Origin: a virus
Lineage: Duplodnaviria > Caudoviricetes
Length of the DNA stretch: 64,000 nucleotides
Direction: 5' to 3' (one strand)
IMG/VR virus record: IMGVR_UViG_2908764845_000006
Location: 1 to 64,000 of that record
Shown: piece after piece, positions 20,250-29,739 of the stretch
Layout: the number at the start of each line of letters is the position of its first letter
How positions within the stretch are numbered: the first letter of the stretch is position 1
Notes under the pieces: generated by a model
What the model saw: only the letters and a program-made list of their open reading frames with translations
What the model was told of the DNA's origin: nothing
Databases searched by the model: none
Program-made: the position numbers and the translations under genes

Positions 20250-20560
20250 GATGGGACCTGATTGAGGTTGGCGGCCGCGCGCCCGGTCAGGCCCCGCATC
20301 AGCGAGAGCCTGTTCTGGTCGATCGCAGCCTGCGAGACGGTGAGGATGCCTTGCACGATCGAGGTGCCGTCGACCGGCGCCACGAACGTGTCGAGGATCG
20401 AGGGTGCGACCAGCGCATCCTGAATGTCGGAGACGAGCTGGGCGGCGTTGAGCTTGATCGCGGTGAGCGTGGCGCGACTGGCGGACGCCAGCGGGTTCGC
20501 CGCGTCGACCTGCGCCTGAAGGAAGGCAAGCTCGGCGAGGATGTTGGGGGAGATTGCCAT
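20246..20560 (-). CDS. hypothetical tail protein
   Basis: Coupled ORF in the tail operon. Confidence 0.6.
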   Translation of the reverse strand: MAISPNILAELAFLQAQVDAANPLASASRATLTAIKLNAAQLVSDIQDALVAPSILDTFVAPVDGTSIVQGILTVSQAAIDQNRLSLMRGLTGRAAANLNQVPS

Positions 20561-20567
20561 ATTGCCC

Positions 20568-21056
20568 TCAGATCGGCGGTGTGCCGGCCGGAACGGTTGC
20601 GCCGCCGAATGGATCGGTCGCCGCGCTCGATGCCGAACTCAGATCGCTTGAGACGTTGCTGTCGACGGAGGAGTCGACCGCGGTCAGGTCGCCCTGCGTG
20701 GGGTCCTGCGCGACCACGCAGGAAATGTCGTAGGTCACCCAGTTCGGGAAGCGCTTCACCTTGAAGGTGAACTTCTCGATCACGACCTGCTTGGTCTGGC
20801 CTCCCCAGATCAGCGGGATGACCTCACCGGCAACGCGCATGGCGTCCAGCGCCAGCGCCTGATCGAACGCATTGTCGGCGAACATCTGTCCGGTGAACGC
20901 AACCGGAGCGTCGTCCGGCCCGAGCGTGTCGATGACGCGCGAACCGCCCGGCAGCTTGTGCACGACCATGGCTTGATTGCCGCCGCCGGGCATCTCGTTC
21001 GGAACGGAGAAATCCTCGAAGGCAAAGCCTCCGAGGATCAGGACGTCGGTTGCCAT
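20568..21056 (-). CDS. tail tube initiator (gpU-like)
   Basis: GG.Q...VH.LPGG.RVID.LG motif; follows the tape measure gene. Confidence 0.7.
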   Translation of the reverse strand: MATDVLILGGFAFEDFSVPNEMPGGGNQAMVVHKLPGGSRVIDTLGPDDAPVAFTGQMFADNAFDQALALDAMRVAGEVIPLIWGGQTKQVVIEKFTFKVKRFPNWVTYDISCVVAQDPTQGDLTAVDSSVDSNVSSDLSSASSAATDPFGGATVPAGTPPI

Positions 21057-21064
21057 GGAGCGCC

Positions 21065-23053
21065 TTACGTTGTGACGGTGTTGTGATCGCCGTCGAACCA
21101 GCGGCCCACGCCATCAGGCGACGGGGCCCCGGTCGGGAAACCGAGCAAGGCCTCGAGCTCGTCGGAGATGGCCTGCGCCAGCGTCCGACCGTCGATCTGC
21201 AGCGAGAGCGAAATCTGGCTCGGCTTGTTGCGCTCGATGCCCGGGTTCCAGCTCTGCAGCTGGATACCGGGTCTGAGGTTCGGGTGATAACCCGAGCGCG
21301 GATTGTAGGAAGGCGTCCCAGATGGGGCCGCCTGCGTCGTCGGAGGCACGCCGCCCGGCGTGATGCCGCCCGGCGCAACTTCCGTGCCCAGCACCATGCC
21401 TGCCGGCGGTGACCACGCCGGTGACGGTGGAGCGGCCCCATCGGACTTCGCGTCGCCGCGCGGCCCGCCTCCGACCCTCGGGTTGTGGTTCGGCGCGCTG
21501 CTGAACCAACCACCAATCGAGTGGTAGAGCGCGACGAGTTTGTCGATGAAGCCCGTGATCGCACCGTAGATGCCGTTGAACGCGGCCTTGATGTCATCCC
21601 AGTGGAAGGCCGCGAAGGTCGCGGCCGCTGCGACGACAGCCGCGACGGCGCCGCCGATCAGCGTCGCGCTGCCGACCAGCGCCCCGATGGTCACCGTGCC
21701 GAGAGCGACCAGCAGCACGGCGCCGATGGTCACGAGGCCCGCCGCGAGGCCCGCCGTCACCTGGAAGATGGTGTCGATGGTCTTGGGATCGAGGCCGTTC
21801 ACCTTGTCGGTGACCCACTTGATGCCGTCGGCGATCTTGTTGAGGAAGGTTGCGAAGCGCTCCCCCTGCGAGCCGCCGATGGCGATCATCAGGTTGTGCC
21901 ACGCTGTGCTCATGTTCTGCTGCGCGGCGTGGATGTTCTTGTCGTATCCGGCGAGACCCTGATCGACAGTCGCGCCCTGCTCGAGGCCGGCGGTTTCCCG
22001 CTTGATCTGCTCGCGCGCCAGCAGCATGTCGGCGACCATGCGCTGCGTGGTCTGGCGACCGAGGATGCGCTGCAACGCCAGCATCTGATCGTCGGAACCG
22101 TGGATGCCCTTGGCCTCGAGGCGCTTGAGCAGTTCTTCGACGAACGCCATCGGGTCTTTGTTGACGAGGCTCAGCATCCGATGTGCCGCCTCGTCCGTCA
22201 TTTCGACGTGACCGCCGGCGTGGGTCCACTCGCCCTCCTTCAGAAGGCCGTACTCCTGCATCGCCTCGGCGCTGCGCTTCATCATCGTGCCAGTCATCTG
22301 GCTACGAAGAGAGAGCAGCGCGGTACCGGCGCGCTGGCCGCCCATCATCTGGGCCATGATCGCCATATGCTCGTAGCCCTCTTGACTGAGGCTTCGGAGC
22401 GCGACGCCGCCGCCCTGCTGGGCGAGACCGAGCAGCTGTTCCGGGTTGACCTGGCCGTGGGTCGCAGCTTCCAGCCGCGCAGCCATGTCGAACCAGTCCT
22501 GCACCTTCTTGGGGTCGATGCGGCCGTGCTCGTCGGTCAGACGGCCGGACAATTCGCCCGCGCGCATCAGCGTGTTGATGCTGTCCTCCGGGTGACTGCC
22601 CGGGTGCCGCGCCTGCATCAGGCGGGCGTAGCGCGCCGCCATCGGCGTGATCTTCTCAGCCTCTTCCGGGTCCTGCAGGACGCCGTAGATGCCGCCGTAG
22701 ACCTTGGTGACGTCCTCGACCTTCATGCCGAGGTCGGAGCCGATCTTGAACGACATCCTCTGGATCTCGCCCGACTTGACGAGCTCGGCGACCTTCGGGT
22801 TCAGCTGCGAGACCTTGGTCATCGCGTCCTGAAAGTCGGCCGACTTCTCGACGATCTTCGTCATCGCGCCGAGGATCGTGGCCCCGGTCAGGATCGCGCC
22901 AACGCCCAGCAGCGCGGTGCTCCAGCCGGCAAAATTCTGGTTGATCTGGCCGGTCGAGGTATGGAGCTTGAGGAGATCACTCCCTATGATTGCAAGGACC
23001 GGCGAGACGCCGTTGGCGAGAACAATGGAGACGCCAATCTGGTATGCGTTCAC
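21065..23053 (-). CDS. tape measure protein
   Basis: Long helical Ala/Gly-rich protein with hydrophobic segments; synteny. Confidence 0.8.
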   Translation of the reverse strand: MNAYQIGVSIVLANGVSPVLAIIGSDLLKLHTSTGQINQNFAGWSTALLGVGAILTGATILGAMTKIVEKSADFQDAMTKVSQLNPKVAELVKSGEIQRMSFKIGSDLGMKVEDVTKVYGGIYGVLQDPEEAEKITPMAARYARLMQARHPGSHPEDSINTLMRAGELSGRLTDEHGRIDPKKVQDWFDMAARLEAATHGQVNPEQLLGLAQQGGGVALRSLSQEGYEHMAIMAQMMGGQRAGTALLSLRSQMTGTMMKRSAEAMQEYGLLKEGEWTHAGGHVEMTDEAAHRMLSLVNKDPMAFVEELLKRLEAKGIHGSDDQMLALQRILGRQTTQRMVADMLLAREQIKRETAGLEQGATVDQGLAGYDKNIHAAQQNMSTAWHNLMIAIGGSQGERFATFLNKIADGIKWVTDKVNGLDPKTIDTIFQVTAGLAAGLVTIGAVLLVALGTVTIGALVGSATLIGGAVAAVVAAAATFAAFHWDDIKAAFNGIYGAITGFIDKLVALYHSIGGWFSSAPNHNPRVGGGPRGDAKSDGAAPPSPAWSPPAGMVLGTEVAPGGITPGGVPPTTQAAPSGTPSYNPRSGYHPNLRPGIQLQSWNPGIERNKPSQISLSLQIDGRTLAQAISDELEALLGFPTGAPSPDGVGRWFDGDHNTVTT

Positions 23054-23081
23054 GTCGACACCTTGATTTTAGAGGCTTTTG

Positions 23082-23642
23082 ATGCGTTTTTTCTTGATGG
23101 GCCCCCGAATGATGGGCCTTCGCCCCGGCATCAGCTTCGGGGAAAACGATTTCCGTCGCGCGGTGTCCCGGCAGGGCGCCGCCGACAACCACATGACCGG
23201 TACTTTCGTCTATGTGATCCGCGGCGCCGGTAACCATCACAAGATCGGCGTCTCCACCGACCCCATCGCGCGGATTGCGACGCTGCAGACCGGCTCCCAT
23301 GAGCCGCTCGACTTCGCCTATATCGGCGTGACGCCCGGAACGGGCTTCAACGTTGAGCAACTCGCCCACGAAATCCTGAAGGATTACCGCGCCACCGGCG
23401 AGTGGTTCTCGGTGCCCGCCTCGATCGCCATCGGCGCCGTGCTGGAGGCTGCAAATCGGCTCACCGAGCCAATGCAGCAGGTTCAGCCTGCGATGGTCCC
23501 GCAGATCATCCAGCTTGCGAAGCTGCCCGACCCGGCGACGGGCAAGAAGCCCGCGCCACGCTGGATGCATTGGATGCTATGGACCAGCATCGCGATCTTC
23601 GCGCTGCTGGTGCTGCTCGTCGCGACCGCGCCAAAGCACTAA
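23082..23642 (+). CDS. GIY-YIG/T5orf172-domain protein with C-terminal TM helix (antisense moron)
   Basis: FVYVI..KIGVS.DP..R...LQTG..E...H..L...R..GEWF motif. Confidence 0.8.
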   Translation: MRFFLMGPRMMGLRPGISFGENDFRRAVSRQGAADNHMTGTFVYVIRGAGNHHKIGVSTDPIARIATLQTGSHEPLDFAYIGVTPGTGFNVEQLAHEILKDYRATGEWFSVPASIAIGAVLEAANRLTEPMQQVQPAMVPQIIQLAKLPDPATGKKPAPRWMHWMLWTSIAIFALLVLLVATAPKH

Positions 23643-24100
23643 TCTTCGGTGATCCGGGCGGTGCCCGACAACTTGCCGTGAACGGCCTTGCCGAGGCGCT
23701 CAAGCACCTCCGGCGTCTTTTCCTTCAGCGCGGGCTCGAGGAATGGCCGCGGCACCATGCGACTGGTGCCGAGCTCCTGCCAGACGGCGATCTTGCTGTC
23801 CGTGCCGATGGTCGCCTCGTTGTGTCCGACCGTGTGATGGATCGAGTCGCGCAGCTCGCCGGTGCGCAGCAACGGCTTATCGGCAGCGAAGCCCTTGTTG
23901 ACGCGGTCCCGTTTGGTGCGCTCCGAGAGCGGCAGCCAGGTCGTCGGCCATTTGGCGTCGTAGGTGCCGATGTAGTCCTTGGCCTGCTTCTCGACGACCT
24001 TGGCCGCGCCCTCAAGGGCGCGATGGGTCTCGTGCTCGATCTCGAGGCCGACCGTTCCGAAGAACTTGGCCGCCTCGAACAGCGACATGGTCTTGGTCAT
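23639..24100 (-). CDS. virion morphogenesis / HK97-gp10-like protein
   Basis: PLLRTGELRDSI and QELGTSRMVPRPFL motifs. Confidence 0.8.
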   Translation of the reverse strand: MTKTMSLFEAAKFFGTVGLEIEHETHRALEGAAKVVEKQAKDYIGTYDAKWPTTWLPLSERTKRDRVNKGFAADKPLLRTGELRDSIHHTVGHNEATIGTDSKIAVWQELGTSRMVPRPFLEPALKEKTPEVLERLGKAVHGKLSGTARITED

Positions 24101-25455
24101 CAGAGCTTCCCGTCCTCGTCCTTGGTGGCCTGTTGCTCGGGCGCCGGTGAGCGCTCCGGCGAGGCCTGCTTGCCGTAGGTGAAGCCCGGGACCGACCCCA
24201 TATTGCGGAGCTGGTACTGCTCGTAGCGACCGCGCTCGCCGTTGATGTCGAAGTGCATCAGGTCGCGCTCGCCGCCGCCGCCGAGCGCAGTGCCGAAGGC
24301 GCCTCCCCATGCGAACTGGCCGTTGAGCTCGGGATGGCGAGCCTGCTGCTCGCCGTGCGCGTGACGGGCGAGCAGCTGATACATCCCGCCCGGGTCCTCG
24401 CCGCGATTGCGCAGCGTGTTGCCGTCGGGGTCGATGATGTGGAAGTCCGCGGCGCGGCCATTGTGGTTGGCCTGCCCCGCGCCGCGAAAGCCCGATGTCA
24501 TCTCGACCTTGTAGCCGGGCGGAAGGTGCGTGGCGGCCGCGCCAACGATCTCGGGGATGCGAGGATCGACGCGGCTGTCGACATTTCCGACCAACCGGCC
24601 GCCGCCCGTCGAGGGGCCCGTATAGGCCGGCGAGCTGGTCGCAGCCGAGGGGATGCTCATCGGGTTCGAGAGCTGCTCCTTGCGGCGCTCGATCTCCCTG
24701 CCCCAGCCCTGCTCGAAGCTGTCATGGGTCTGTGGGCCGCGCATCCCGGGGTACGGGTTGCCACCGACATTGGTCATGGTGCCTTGCGTGTAGAAGCCGA
24801 GGCCCTGCTGATGCATCAGGTACATCTCGGTGTCGGTCGGGTCGCGACCGAAGTTCTTCCGGAAGGACGTGCGATTGGCGTCGAACATGCGGGCCGCCGC
24901 CATCGCGTTGTCGTGCGCGGAGTAAGGATCGCCGCCCTGGCCGAAGCGCTCCCACTCGTTTTTCTCGCCGCGCGTGCCGACCTGATAGAGCCCCTTGTAC
25001 TTCGTGTCCTTGTTTCGATTGGACTCGGGATCGTTGTTGCTCTCGATCGAGGCGACCGAGCGCATGAAATTCGGATCGAGGTGGTACGCCTTGGCGGCGC
25101 CGACGATCTCCTTGTCGACCTCCGGCGAGCCGCGATGAACGATGCGCCCGGTGGGGCGCGTCGGGCCCGGCGCCAGCGGATCGAGGTCGCCCTCGCCGCC
25201 GAAGCGCTGCCTGACAGGCTGCGGCGCAGCATCGTGGCGCCCTGCCGGGTGACCCGGATAATGGTGGTTGTTGCTCACGCGGGGGCTCGCGCCCCCGCCC
25301 GGGACCGAATAGTCGGAAGGGCCCCGCCCCTCGGCGCGGCCTTCCGGGACATAGTCGGCACTGCCAGCGGTCGGCGTGACGCGCTCGGGCTCACCCTCGG
25401 TGAGCATGACGAGCCCGATGTCGCGGCCGCCCACCGTGATCTTGCCGATTTGCAC
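24100..25455 (-). CDS. virion-associated peptidoglycan hydrolase: transglycosylase-like + M15/LAS-type peptidase
   Basis: ASIES..YKGLYQ; SGFR...HNGRAADF...WGG...DLMHF. Confidence 0.7.
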   Translation of the reverse strand: MQIGKITVGGRDIGLVMLTEGEPERVTPTAGSADYVPEGRAEGRGPSDYSVPGGGASPRVSNNHHYPGHPAGRHDAAPQPVRQRFGGEGDLDPLAPGPTRPTGRIVHRGSPEVDKEIVGAAKAYHLDPNFMRSVASIESNNDPESNRNKDTKYKGLYQVGTRGEKNEWERFGQGGDPYSAHDNAMAAARMFDANRTSFRKNFGRDPTDTEMYLMHQQGLGFYTQGTMTNVGGNPYPGMRGPQTHDSFEQGWGREIERRKEQLSNPMSIPSAATSSPAYTGPSTGGGRLVGNVDSRVDPRIPEIVGAAATHLPPGYKVEMTSGFRGAGQANHNGRAADFHIIDPDGNTLRNRGEDPGGMYQLLARHAHGEQQARHPELNGQFAWGGAFGTALGGGGERDLMHFDINGERGRYEQYQLRNMGSVPGFTYGKQASPERSPAPEQQATKDEDGKL

Positions 25456-25458
25456 TTG

Positions 25459-25641
25459 CTATGTCCCGATGAAAGTCATGCGGTCCCAGTCGAACTGCTT
25501 GTTGCCGTTCTCGTACTGGGCAAAGGTGATCGCGTAGGAGACGAGCTCCCACTCTTCCATCGCGTGCGCGACATCGAACGGGACGCCGTTTTTGATGCAC
25601 CAAAGGGTGAGCTTAAAAACGACGTCCTCGGTTAGTTTTTT
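25459..25641 (-). CDS. tail assembly chaperone -1 frameshift extension (gpT-like)
   Basis: The -1 frame after A AAA AAC reads KLTEDVVFKLTLWCIKNGVPFDVA...QFDWDRMTFIGT*. Confidence 0.75.
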   Translation of the reverse strand, partial: KKLTEDVVFKLTLWCIKNGVPFDVAHAMEEWELVSYAITFAQYENGNKQFDWDRMTFIGT

Positions 25642-26030
25642 GCCGTCTCTTTCGAGTCGACCTGGGTTTCTCCGGTCTGCAGCTTGGCGAGTGCGCGGCT
25701 GGCGGCGGCAAGACCCTCGGCATCGAGCATATCGAACACGGCATCGAGCTCGCCGCGCGTCCGGGGGAACGGGATCGGCGCGCTGTTGATCTCGCAGACA
25801 GCGGCCGCGATCGCGAGTGGCAGGCGATCCGAGACGAGGTGCTTGTTGCCGTCCGGGCCGAGGTACTCACCGGAGCCTGACAGGTCCGGCGTCATGCCGG
25901 TGAGCTTGGTCTGCTCGGAGGGGCGCAGCTTGCGCACACCGATCACGCGGCCGAGTTCGTCGGCCTCGCGCTCGATGCGCTTGTAGCGCGCCAGGATCAT
26001 CTCGCTCTGGGTCGGGTTCATTGCGTTCAT
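25632..26030 (-). CDS. tail assembly chaperone (gpG-like)
   Basis: Follows the tube gene; ends GCA AAA AAC TAA. Confidence 0.8.
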   Translation of the reverse strand: MNAMNPTQSEMILARYKRIEREADELGRVIGVRKLRPSEQTKLTGMTPDLSGSGEYLGPDGNKHLVSDRLPLAIAAAVCEINSAPIPFPRTRGELDAVFDMLDAEGLAAASRALAKLQTGETQVDSKETAKN

Positions 26031-26071
26031 CGAAATTCCTGTGGGGGCTTGGAGAGAGGACGCGATCCGGA

Positions 26072-26509
26072 TCAGGCGATCTGGATCTTGGTGGACGCCA
26101 TGCCGGTCAGCGTCAGCGTCGTCGCCTTGTCGCGGCTGATGTTGCCGTGATTGTCGAGGAAGATGACGAAGTTGCTGTACTGGTAGCGCGACACGGAGCC
26201 ATCGGGATTGGTGATGCTCTCGTTGAGGAAGCCGGGCTTCTGAACGGCGCCAGCGTTGAAGTTCGCCTCGGACTTCACCATGAAGTCCTCCAGCGTCGGG
26301 CCGCTGCGGGTGATCGTGAAGTCGACCTTGTAGCCATCCGGCACGAAGCCGTAGCGCGGGAAGTCGTTGTACGGCATCGTCTTGATGTCGTGCTTGAGCG
26401 CCTGAATCTTGACGTCCTGCACGTCGCCCATGTCCACGATGGTGCCGGTGGCGCCATCGTAGAACGCAAGGCTGTAGTCCGTGCCGACGTTCATCCCATT
26501 GACGGGCAT
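26072..26509 (-). CDS. tail tube protein
   Basis: 145-aa beta-rich ORF directly after the sheath gene. Confidence 0.8.
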   Translation of the reverse strand: MPVNGMNVGTDYSLAFYDGATGTIVDMGDVQDVKIQALKHDIKTMPYNDFPRYGFVPDGYKVDFTITRSGPTLEDFMVKSEANFNAGAVQKPGFLNESITNPDGSVSRYQYSNFVIFLDNHGNISRDKATTLTLTGMASTKIQIA

Positions 26510-26521
26510 TGGCAGTTCTCC

Positions 26522-26552
26522 AAAGAAAAAGCCCGCTCACAAAGGAGCGGGC
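26522..26552 (-). terminator. intrinsic terminator-like hairpin between sheath and tube
   Basis: GCCCGCTC/GAGCGGGC stem followed by TTTTTCTTT. Confidence 0.6.
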
Positions 26553-26574
26553 CGGGTTACGTGATGGGTTGGGA

Positions 26575-28527
26575 TCAGACGCCGGAGTTGACCTGCGTCT
26601 GGAACTGCTGCGCGGTCGGCTGCGTCGACTGCACGGTGACGCTGACGTTGCCACCACCCTGGAACTTGACCACGAAGTAGCGGACCACGTTCAGGTAGCG
26701 GACCGTCCAGTACAGGAACAGGTAACCGCGGGCCTGAAGGTCCGGCGGGTTGTTCGAGAGATCGCAGACCACCGACCAAGGCGTGTCGATCATGCCCTGC
26801 CCGTTGATGCCGAGACCGACCTGCGGCGAGGCGAGCTGCGCCGAGAAGCCGTCGAACAGCGCCTTCGCCTTCGCGCGGGTCTGGTCGTTGGGCTGAATGG
26901 ACTGCAGCTGACCGATGATGCTGCCTGCCGCCTTGCTCTGCGCAGCGCGGATCAGGAAGTTCGTCATGCGGGTGTATTCGACACCGTTCGCTGCCGTGTT
27001 GCTCGAGGCGTTACGGCCGGTGGCGAACGAGAAGTAGAACCCGCCGGGCGAGGAGCTCGGCGGCAGGATGGTGTCGATGCCGCCGAGGTTGATCTGCGAC
27101 AACTCGGTGTCCGAGTAGGTCTGTCCGAGCTGGCTGCGCTGCGTGGAAGTGACACCCCCCAGCGGCTTGTTCAGCGGCGACTGCTGCGGCGAGAGATTGC
27201 CGACGATGCCGATGCCGAACGCAGCCGGGTTGATGAGCCGCGTGTAGCCGTTGAAGCTGTCGAAGAACGACGGCCAGTCGCCCATGAGGAGCCACAGCCA
27301 CGGCGTGTCGACGCCGGAATTGATCCGGGTCGCCAGCGCGTTGGCGATGCTGTCGCCCTTCACGGTGCCCATGATGGGCATCATGGTCTCGGAGAGGCCG
27401 AAGGACGTGATCGCGGCGTAGAAGGCCGGCGTCGACAGATCGCACAGCGTGAAGCAGTCGCAGCTCGAGTTGCGCAGCACATACATTCCCTTGCGCGGCA
27501 CGACGTCCTGACCCATCAGCGTGGCGTCGGTGACACCGGTGGCGCCGTCGGTGCCGCCGGAGAACGTGTAGGTCTGGCCCACCACCGGCATCAGGGTCGA
27601 GACGCCCGCGGTCGCAACCACGAACTGGCTCTGGCCGCGCACCGCGTTGCCGTTGTTGATGACGTTGGCGAGGTTGGTCCAGAAGGTCTGCCACGTGCCG
27701 ACGCCGCCGGTGAGCGTCGCGCCAGAGACCGTGATGTTGGTCGAGACCTTGGCAAGCGTCAGCGCGTTACCGCCGGTGCCCGCGTTGGTGCCCGTCCCAG
27801 AGAACTGGTTCGCCGTGATCGAGAGCGTCGAGCCCGACAGGCCGTAGGTGCACTTGACGAGGCCGGTATCCTGTGAGGCCAGCAGGAAGGTCAGCAGGTT
27901 CGACAGCGTGACCGGCAGCGACGTGCCGATGTTGACCTGCATCCCGGTCGCGCCGGACGCCACGAAAGTGATCGCGGAGCCCGCGATGGTCAGCGTGTCG
28001 TTCGGGGCGGGTTGGCCCGAGAAGGTGGCCGTACCGGTCGCCGCCGTCGGACCTGCCACGTTGTTGAACTGCTCGGGCACCAGCCCGGGGAACGCCACGA
28101 TCGCCATCAGCGACTGCGCGGCCGTGCCGAACTGCAGCGATGCCGTGATCTGGTTGCCGAGCGACCCGGTGCACGCCCCGGTCAGCGTCAGCGCACCGGA
28201 CTGGACCGACGCGGTCGCGGCCAGGTCGGTGCCGTCGGTGACGCGCACGCAATAGAAGCCGATCGAGCCGCCGACCTGCGTGGCCGCCGACACATAGGAC
28301 GAGATGTCGTAGGGCCGCACCTGCGGCGGGCCGATGTAGATCGCCGCGTCAGCGGGCTTGGACACCGGGATCAGCGCGTTGGTCTTGCCCCACGAGGCAA
28401 CGCCGACCAGACCTTCGATGTTGGTCGGCGTGCCCGCGATGAACGGGGTCGGAAGGATGATGTCGCCATAGACGCCCGGAACGCTGAGCGCGGCGAGGTT
28501 CTGCTGGCCGTCGAGGAAAACGGGCAT
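26575..28527 (-). CDS. tail sheath protein
   Basis: VPGVY, G.ASWG and FSGGTDG motifs; about 650 aa. Confidence 0.88.
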   Translation of the reverse strand: MPVFLDGQQNLAALSVPGVYGDIILPTPFIAGTPTNIEGLVGVASWGKTNALIPVSKPADAAIYIGPPQVRPYDISSYVSAATQVGGSIGFYCVRVTDGTDLAATASVQSGALTLTGACTGSLGNQITASLQFGTAAQSLMAIVAFPGLVPEQFNNVAGPTAATGTATFSGQPAPNDTLTIAGSAITFVASGATGMQVNIGTSLPVTLSNLLTFLLASQDTGLVKCTYGLSGSTLSITANQFSGTGTNAGTGGNALTLAKVSTNITVSGATLTGGVGTWQTFWTNLANVINNGNAVRGQSQFVVATAGVSTLMPVVGQTYTFSGGTDGATGVTDATLMGQDVVPRKGMYVLRNSSCDCFTLCDLSTPAFYAAITSFGLSETMMPIMGTVKGDSIANALATRINSGVDTPWLWLLMGDWPSFFDSFNGYTRLINPAAFGIGIVGNLSPQQSPLNKPLGGVTSTQRSQLGQTYSDTELSQINLGGIDTILPPSSSPGGFYFSFATGRNASSNTAANGVEYTRMTNFLIRAAQSKAAGSIIGQLQSIQPNDQTRAKAKALFDGFSAQLASPQVGLGINGQGMIDTPWSVVCDLSNNPPDLQARGYLFLYWTVRYLNVVRYFVVKFQGGGNVSVTVQSTQPTAQQFQTQVNSGV

Positions 28528-28540
28528 CGAGTGCTTCTCC

Positions 28541-28567
28541 AATAAAAAACCCGCCTTGCGGCGGGTT
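28541..28567 (-). terminator. intrinsic terminator-like hairpin
   Basis: AACCCGCC/GGCGGGTT stem followed by a T-run. Confidence 0.65.
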
Positions 28568-28603
28568 CACATCGAGGGATGGACGGAAGGGTGTGCGGTG
28601 GGA

Positions 28604-28855
28604 TCAGGTCGTCGGCGCCACGTACGGAGTGGCGGCCGGAGCCGGAGCCTGAACCGAAGCGGGCGTCTGGGCTGCGGGAGCAGGCGCAGCCGGGGTCGCG
28701 GGAGCAGCTGCGGCGTTGGTCGGCGTGCCAGCCACCTTGTTGACATGGACGTGGTTGTGGCTGGCGAGGATCTGCTCGATCTCGGACACTTCCGTGACGA
28801 GCTGACCCTTCAGGTAGTTGGCGAACTCATGGACGATGACGAGGACGTGGTTCAC
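28604..28855 (-). CDS. small virion-associated protein
   Basis: Short domain plus Ala/Pro tail, before the sheath gene. Confidence 0.6.
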   Translation of the reverse strand: MNHVLVIVHEFANYLKGQLVTEVSEIEQILASHNHVHVNKVAGTPTNAAAAPATPAAPAPAAQTPASVQAPAPAATPYVAPTT

Positions 28856-28866
28856 GTTGGTGCCCT

Positions 28867-29739
28867 TCAGCTGATGGCGTTGGTGACGAGAGGATTGTCG
28901 GGGTGGGTGATCGAGACCTGCGTCGAGGTGATCTCGTAGCCGTCGAACAGCTCGACGGTGGCGTATTCGACATCGAACACGAGGTCGCGCCGGTAGATCG
29001 CCTGCGTCTGCATCTCGTCGATGTTGGTGGTTCGGTTGTAGATCACGAGCGCCTGCGACGAGTCGGGCATCGTGATCTTGTTGGCCTTCTTCAGCGCAAC
29101 GTCGATTGCCTTGGCGAGCGTGCCGCGGATGGCGCTCGACGGCGCCCAGACGGTGGTCATGATCGACTGGCGCTGGCGATGCAGCACCTTGCCGAGCACG
29201 CCCTTGCCGCCTTGCCGGACGACGATGGCGTGGGTGCCCGGGATCGTCAGCGTCGTCGCCGTGCTCGCGACTTGCGGATAATCAGTCTGAGCCTGAGACG
29301 CCAGCGCGGCCAGGAGCTCCGCAGTCGTGCTGCCAGATGCAGAATAGACATGAGCATCATCGGCGATCACCGTGAGGTATTCGGCCGCGACCGGCTGTCC
29401 CGACACCGTGATTACGTTGTCGACGAGCGTGAACGTCAGCCCGTAGGTCGGCCGGCTCACCACATAGGTCTCGTCGAAGATCTGATAGGTGTTGGAGCCC
29501 TGCCCCTGCATCGGGAAGATCGAAACGTTGGCAACCGGGCCACCGGGCCGGACGACGACCTGCTTGGCGTCGTTGAGCATCTTGCCGACCATGTCGAGGT
29601 CGAGCTGGTCTGGCGTCGGCCAGCCCTCAAAGACGCGGACATCCATGGCGGCGACCGACGGCTGCGTGGTGCCGCTCGGATAGACCGCGCCGAACGCGGT
29701 CTGGGCGAAGTAGGCCGTGATGTCGGTAATATCGGCCAC
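28867..29739 (-). CDS. tail terminator/completion-like protein
   Basis: GWP and YRRDL.F.VEYAT motifs; synteny. Confidence 0.6.
   Translation of the reverse strand: MADITDITAYFAQTAFGAVYPSGTTQPSVAAMDVRVFEGWPTPDQLDLDMVGKMLNDAKQVVVRPGGPVANVSIFPMQGQGSNTYQIFDETYVVSRPTYGLTFTLVDNVITVSGQPVAAEYLTVIADDAHVYSASGSTTAELLAALASQAQTDYPQVASTATTLTIPGTHAIVVRQGGKGVLGKVLHRQRQSIMTTVWAPSSAIRGTLAKAIDVALKKANKITMPDSSQALVIYNRTTNIDEMQTQAIYRRDLVFDVEYATVELFDGYEITSTQVSITHPDNPLVTNAIS

Noticed and set aside
21485-23233. Long plus-strand ORFs opposite structural genes (also 35104-36813, 37411-38955, 42384-44042, 641-1789)
   Set aside because: Antisense shadows caused by high-GC codon bias
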